DNA of 15,273 nt from Thermoproteota archaeon (lineage in GTDB: Archaea > Korarchaeota > Korarchaeia > Korarchaeales > Korarchaeaceae). The notes under the pieces are model-generated. The model was not told the DNA's origin and ran no database searches. It was given only the letters and a program-made list of their open reading frames with translations. Positions 13,195 to 15,273 of this stretch are shown one piece after another (position 1 is the first letter of the stretch; each line of letters starts with the position of its first letter). The DNA lies in the NCBI GenBank assembly GCA_027491415.1, contig JAOZFH010000040.1:1-15273 (forward strand), in the 5' to 3' direction. A program made the translations under genes and the position numbers.

Positions 13195-14757
13195 ATGGAC
13201 CATGCACCCTTTGTAGTCGATGAACTCGCCGCTGGGGCCGCCGCCAGGTTGATCGCCTTCCTGCTTGATCTGCTCGTTGTGGGGTTCCTCTTCGCTCCAC
13301 TCCTAGTACTGGCCATCGGAGGGAGCTTCATTCGTCTGTGGGCGATCGCCAGTCTGGAGTTCTTCGGCTACCTAGTGTACTTTTCCTACTTGGAGGGGAA
13401 GAGGGGCGCAACGCTGGGGAAGGAGCTGCTCGGCCTCAGGGTACTGGGAGAGCGCCTTACTCCCCCATCCTACTGGCAGGCATTCGTTAGGGGCCTGACG
13501 AGGGCAGCAGATCTGGCCCTCTTGGGCCTCCCCCTGATTCTGCGGGCCGATCGAAGGAGGTTGGGGGACATCCTTTCCGGCACCGTCGTCGTGGCCGAGA
13601 GCAAGGCTGCGCTCAAGATACCCACCCCGGGCAGGTATGCGTCCCTTAAGAGGATTGGTGGAAGGGCCTGGGAGAGAGATCGGGCCATCGTGGAGGGCCT
13701 CATTCTAGAGGTTAGGGAGAGACTCGGTGGAGGACAAGCCCAGCTGGCCGACGAGATCCTCCACAGAGTCTCAGAAAGGGAGGGGGTCGGCGATGGGGAG
13801 GTTAGGGAGAGGGTGACTCGACTCTTTGGACTCGATGACAGCGACTGGAGAGTGGCCGTGGTGACGTATGGTCTGATGAGTGGGCTCGTCACCTTCAAGA
13901 GGGAGAGTCTGCTGAGGAGGTCCGCATCCATCCTCAGGAGGGCCGCCGAATTGGCTTCGCGGCTCGAGGACAGGATGGAGTTCGAGGCGAAGGCTCGTGT
14001 TCTGGAGTCTCTCGATGAAATGAGATCGAAGAGGCGGAGGCCGAACGTCCGATCTGGTATTGCCTCCGCCCTCGCCGCGGCCCCCGTCGAGTTTAGGTCG
14101 AGCCTGCCCTACTTCGCCGTCGCCCTGCTGGTACTGCTCTTGGGCGTGGGTATGGGAGTGATGGTGGGTTCAGAGTTCGCTCAAGAACTCAGTAAGATAT
14201 TCGGGCCTCCCGGGGACATCAGGGCTGAAAGACCAGCCCTGCTCGCGGCGGCCATCGCCATGAACAACGTGCGAGTTGACCTGGGCGTTCTACTCGGAGC
14301 CGGACCTGCAGTTTACCCGCTCATACTGATGCTCCTCACGAACGGGGCCGTGGTTGGGGCCCTGGCCGCGCATTCAATGGCTTCGGCCAGCATCATGAGG
14401 TTCCTAGCCCTGATAGCCCCACACGGAGTGGGAGAACTCTCCCTCTTCCTTGTGGCCGCCGCCGGGGGCTTCAAGATCGCGTGGAAGATGATGTTCCCAA
14501 GGGGAGGCAGGGAGGCCGCGCTTCGAAGCGCCAGGAGGGCGATCGTCCTGCCGGTCTTCGCCGCGCTGCTCTTGCCGGTCTACGCGATAATTGAGGCATT
14601 CGTGACACCCAAGCTCGCCAACAGCCCCAAGGCAGCCCTCTTAGTGGGGATTGCCTCGGCGGCCCCCGTCTACATGTGGCTCCTCTTGGGCAGAGGAAGC
14701 GTCGGTAGAGATGCTGGGGAGGACGCCCGGTCCGCATCCGGAGGGGAGACGCCTTGA
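13195..14757 (+). CDS. RDD-family domain fused via a soluble helical region to a SpoIIM/DUF95 membrane domain (520 aa)
   Basis: RDD: RLIAFLLD..GATLGKELLGLRV..AFVRGLTR..RRRLGDILSGTVVV. SpoIIM/DUF95: IAMNNVRV..LTNGAVVG..IAPHGVGEL..YAIIEAFVTP. ATG 13195 has a GGGTGA RBS; the ORF-track start at 13048 lies in AT-rich intergenic DNA. Confidence 0.88.
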   Translation: MDHAPFVVDELAAGAAARLIAFLLDLLVVGFLFAPLLVLAIGGSFIRLWAIASLEFFGYLVYFSYLEGKRGATLGKELLGLRVLGERLTPPSYWQAFVRGLTRAADLALLGLPLILRADRRRLGDILSGTVVVAESKAALKIPTPGRYASLKRIGGRAWERDRAIVEGLILEVRERLGGGQAQLADEILHRVSEREGVGDGEVRERVTRLFGLDDSDWRVAVVTYGLMSGLVTFKRESLLRRSASILRRAAELASRLEDRMEFEAKARVLESLDEMRSKRRRPNVRSGIASALAAAPVEFRSSLPYFAVALLVLLLGVGMGVMVGSEFAQELSKIFGPPGDIRAERPALLAAAIAMNNVRVDLGVLLGAGPAVYPLILMLLTNGAVVGALAAHSMASASIMRFLALIAPHGVGELSLFLVAAAGGFKIAWKMMFPRGGREAALRSARRAIVLPVFAALLLPVYAIIEAFVTPKLANSPKAALLVGIASAAPVYMWLLLGRGSVGRDAGEDARSASGGETP

Positions 14758-15273
14758 GGGTGATGGGAGAGTCAGAGGATCGGCTCAGTCGGGCCTTGCG
14801 CGAGGGCGAGCTGACCGTCGCCGTCTACGGCCTGGGACACGTGGGAGTCCCCCTGCTGGCCGCCTGGCTGTCGGCCGGCGCCAGGGGCATCGGGGTAGAT
14901 GTGGATGAAACCAAGGCTGCGGCGGTGGCCTCAGGTAGCAGTCCCGTCGAGGAGCCTGGGGTAGAAGAGATCCTGAGGTCGGCCCTCTTGAGCGGCAGGC
15001 TGAAGTCAACGACCAACGGAGTCCTCGCGTCCAGGGAATCCGACGTGAAGCTGATAGCCGTTCCGACGAAGCTCAAATCCTCCCCCGCATCCATGGGAGC
15101 GGAAGCGGATCTATCTGCCCTGAAGTCGGCCGCTAGGGCTATCGGGAAGGGACTCAAGGAGGGAGACTTGGTCGTCCTCGAGAGCAGCGTCCCGCCCGGA
15201 ACGACGAGGAGGGTGCTGAGACCCATACTCGAGGGAGTCAGCGGCCTCACCGCAGAGAGGGACTTCGGCCTGG
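14754..15273 (+). CDS. Nucleotide-sugar dehydrogenase (UDP-glucose/GDP-mannose dehydrogenase family, WecC/WbpA-like), truncated by the window edge
   Basis: Absent from the ORF track because there is no stop in the window. My translation gives VAVYGLGHVGVPL (Rossmann), GVDVDETK, EEPG, LIAVPT and LVVLESSVPPGTTRRVLRPILE..SGL. In-frame starts are TTG 14754 (TTGA overlap, GGAGGGG RBS), GTG 14760 and ATG 14763. Confidence 0.92.
   Translation, partial: MRVMGESEDRLSRALREGELTVAVYGLGHVGVPLLAAWLSAGARGIGVDVDETKAAAVASGSSPVEEPGVEEILRSALLSGRLKSTTNGVLASRESDVKLIAVPTKLKSSPASMGAEADLSALKSAARAIGKGLKEGDLVVLESSVPPGTTRRVLRPILEGVSGLTAERDFGL

Noticed and set aside
14651-15250. Small ORFs 14651-14908, 14785-15009 and 14825-15250
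   Set aside because: They are alternative-frame or antisense shadows of the nucleotide-sugar dehydrogenase gene.
1-15273. tRNA/rRNA genes, CRISPR arrays, IS elements, inteins
   Set aside because: I saw no spaced repeats, cloverleaf signatures, transposase or integrase motifs. Protein lengths leave no room for inteins. A small ncRNA in 12936-13140 cannot be excluded by eye.

Overview
A gene-dense archaeal window, GC-rich by eye, with AGG/ATA-rich codon usage, GGAGG/GGTGA ribosome-binding sites and TATA-like promoters. A thermophilic TACK-type archaeon is my inference. The centrepiece is a three-gene operon at 3049-6093 with overlapping reading frames. It encodes (i) a very short 574-aa SMC ATPase with no hinge and no zinc hook but with SMC5/6-type head motifs, (ii) an ScpA/Nse4-like kleisin and (iii) a probable tandem winged-helix KITE subunit. 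Together these would form a minimal archaeal SMC5/6-like (coalescin/ASRP-type) complex. Divergent from it are an uncharacterised 234-aa protein and an unusual fusion of an OB-fold to a catalytically degenerate AAA+ domain. Convergent with it are an Lhr helicase and a CinA-N (COG1058) gene. Further right lie a degenerate KaiC/RecA-fold protein, apgM, a CdvA-like coiled-coil protein lacking a PRC barrel, an HMf-family histone, an RDD-SpoIIM(DUF95) fusion membrane protein and the 5' part of a nucleotide-sugar dehydrogenase. The left end holds a decayed aldo/keto reductase pseudogene. I saw no RNA genes, CRISPR arrays or mobile elements. All family assignments come from motif recognition by eye, not from database searches.
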